From assembly GCA_963730185.1 (NCBI GenBank), contig CAVSQW010000007.1, forward strand, positions 320,001 to 384,000: 64,000 bases of DNA. Reading direction: 5' to 3'. Positions within the stretch are counted from its first letter, which is position 1. Each line of letters starts with the position of its first letter. This DNA comes from an uncultured Gemmatimonadales bacterium (lineage in GTDB: Bacteria > Gemmatimonadota > Gemmatimonadetes > Gemmatimonadales > GWC2-71-9). Below, piece after piece: positions 63,275 to 64,000 of this stretch. Made by a program: the position numbers and the translations under genes. Under the pieces are notes generated by a model. The model worked only from the letters and a program-made list of their open reading frames with translations, made no database searches and was not told the DNA's origin.

Positions 63275-63309
63275 AGGAGGGAGGAGGGCAGTCTCTTCCC
63301 GCCCCCTTG

Positions 63310-64000
63310 CTATCCCTTCGGTCCCGCCTGCTTCACGGCGTCGGCGACCTGGGCTTCGAAGGCCTTGAAGTTGTCGCGGAACATCGTCGCGAGCTTGGCC
63401 GCCTGGGCGTCATAGGCGGCGCCGTCCTTCCAGGTGCCCCGGGGGTCGAGCACGTCGCTCGGCACGCCGGGGGCGGTGGTCGGCACCTCGAATCCGAAGA
63501 TCGGATCCTTCCGGTAGGTCACCCCTTCCAGCGCACCCGAGAGCGCGGCGGTGACCATGGCGCGGGTATGTCCCAGCTTCATCCGCGATCCGGCGCCGTA
63601 CGGGCCGCCGGTCCACCCCGTGTTCACCAGCCAGACCCGGGCGCCGTGCTTCTCGATCCGCTCGCCCAGCATCGTGGCGTAGACGCCCGGCGGGAGCGGC
63701 AGGAACGGTGCGCCGAAGCAGGCCGAGAAGGTGGCCGTCGGCTCGGTGACGCCCCGCTCGGTGCCCGCCACCTTGGCGGTGTAGCCGGAGAGGAAGTGGT
63801 ACATCGCTTCGTCGGCCGTGAGGCGGGCAATCGGCGGCATCACGCCGAACGCATCGGCGGTGAGGAAGACCACGTTCTCCGGATGCGCGCCGACGCCGGT
63901 CGGCTGATGGTTCGGGATGAAGTCGATCGGATAGCTGGACCGGGTGTTCTCGGTGATCGTCTCCGAGGCGAAGTCCACCACCCGGGTGACCGGGTCGAGG
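63310..64000 (-). CDS. pckA: Phosphoenolpyruvate carboxykinase (ATP), 3' part (5' end beyond window)
   Basis: [53 protein letters not shown]. Confidence 0.95.
   Translation of the reverse strand, partial: LDPVTRVVDFASETITENTRSSYPIDFIPNHQPTGVGAHPENVVFLTADAFGVMPPIARLTADEAMYHFLSGYTAKVAGTERGVTEPTATFSACFGAPFLPLPPGVYATMLGERIEKHGARVWLVNTGWTGGPYGAGSRMKLGHTRAMVTAALSGALEGVTYRKDPIFGFEVPTTAPGVPSDVLDPRGTWKDGAAYDAQAAKLATMFRDNFKAFEAQVADAVKQAGPKG

Overview
High-GC (roughly 70% by eye) bacterial chromosomal segment, most consistent with Gemmatimonadota. That is an inference from the characteristic Hanks kinases, the DUF5916 and BNR/VPS10 proteins and two lineage-type hypothetical proteins. The left ~7.4 kb is an accessory, partly decayed region: secreted unknowns, Yip1, DUF4386, an OmpR-type two-component pair, and a TolC fragment joined to a frameshifted CusA/CzcA fragment. 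Next come a kinase-TPR gene, an SLC17-like MFS, a BNR/VPS10 hydrolase and an e(P4) phosphatase. A wHTH-P450-ferredoxin-panB-GDH run is divergent from a Leu/Phe-type dehydrogenase. After it lie csp-rpsU, kinase/sixA, ilvE with small unknown ORFs, two lytic transglycosylases, moaC and holB, then a motif-dense AT-rich element and tRNA-Asn. A second accessory stretch holds CsbD, ArsR/DHFR-like, a Tat DsrE-like protein, an MFS and CocE. The right part carries PP2C, acetate-CoA ligase, CPA2, patatin, AADC, EamA, uvrA, a frameshifted ABC exporter, FHA-PP2C-MacB-like permease, an HD hydrolase and partial pckA. No CRISPR array, rRNA, integrase or transposase was seen. Best leads: two paralogous Zn-finger/membrane proteins of unknown function, the AT-rich element, an animal-like GDH with an antenna-like insert, a stand-alone LeuA-regulatory-like domain, STRR-like inverted heptamer arrays, widespread leaderless-type starts, and an unannotated Cys-rich mini-lipoprotein.
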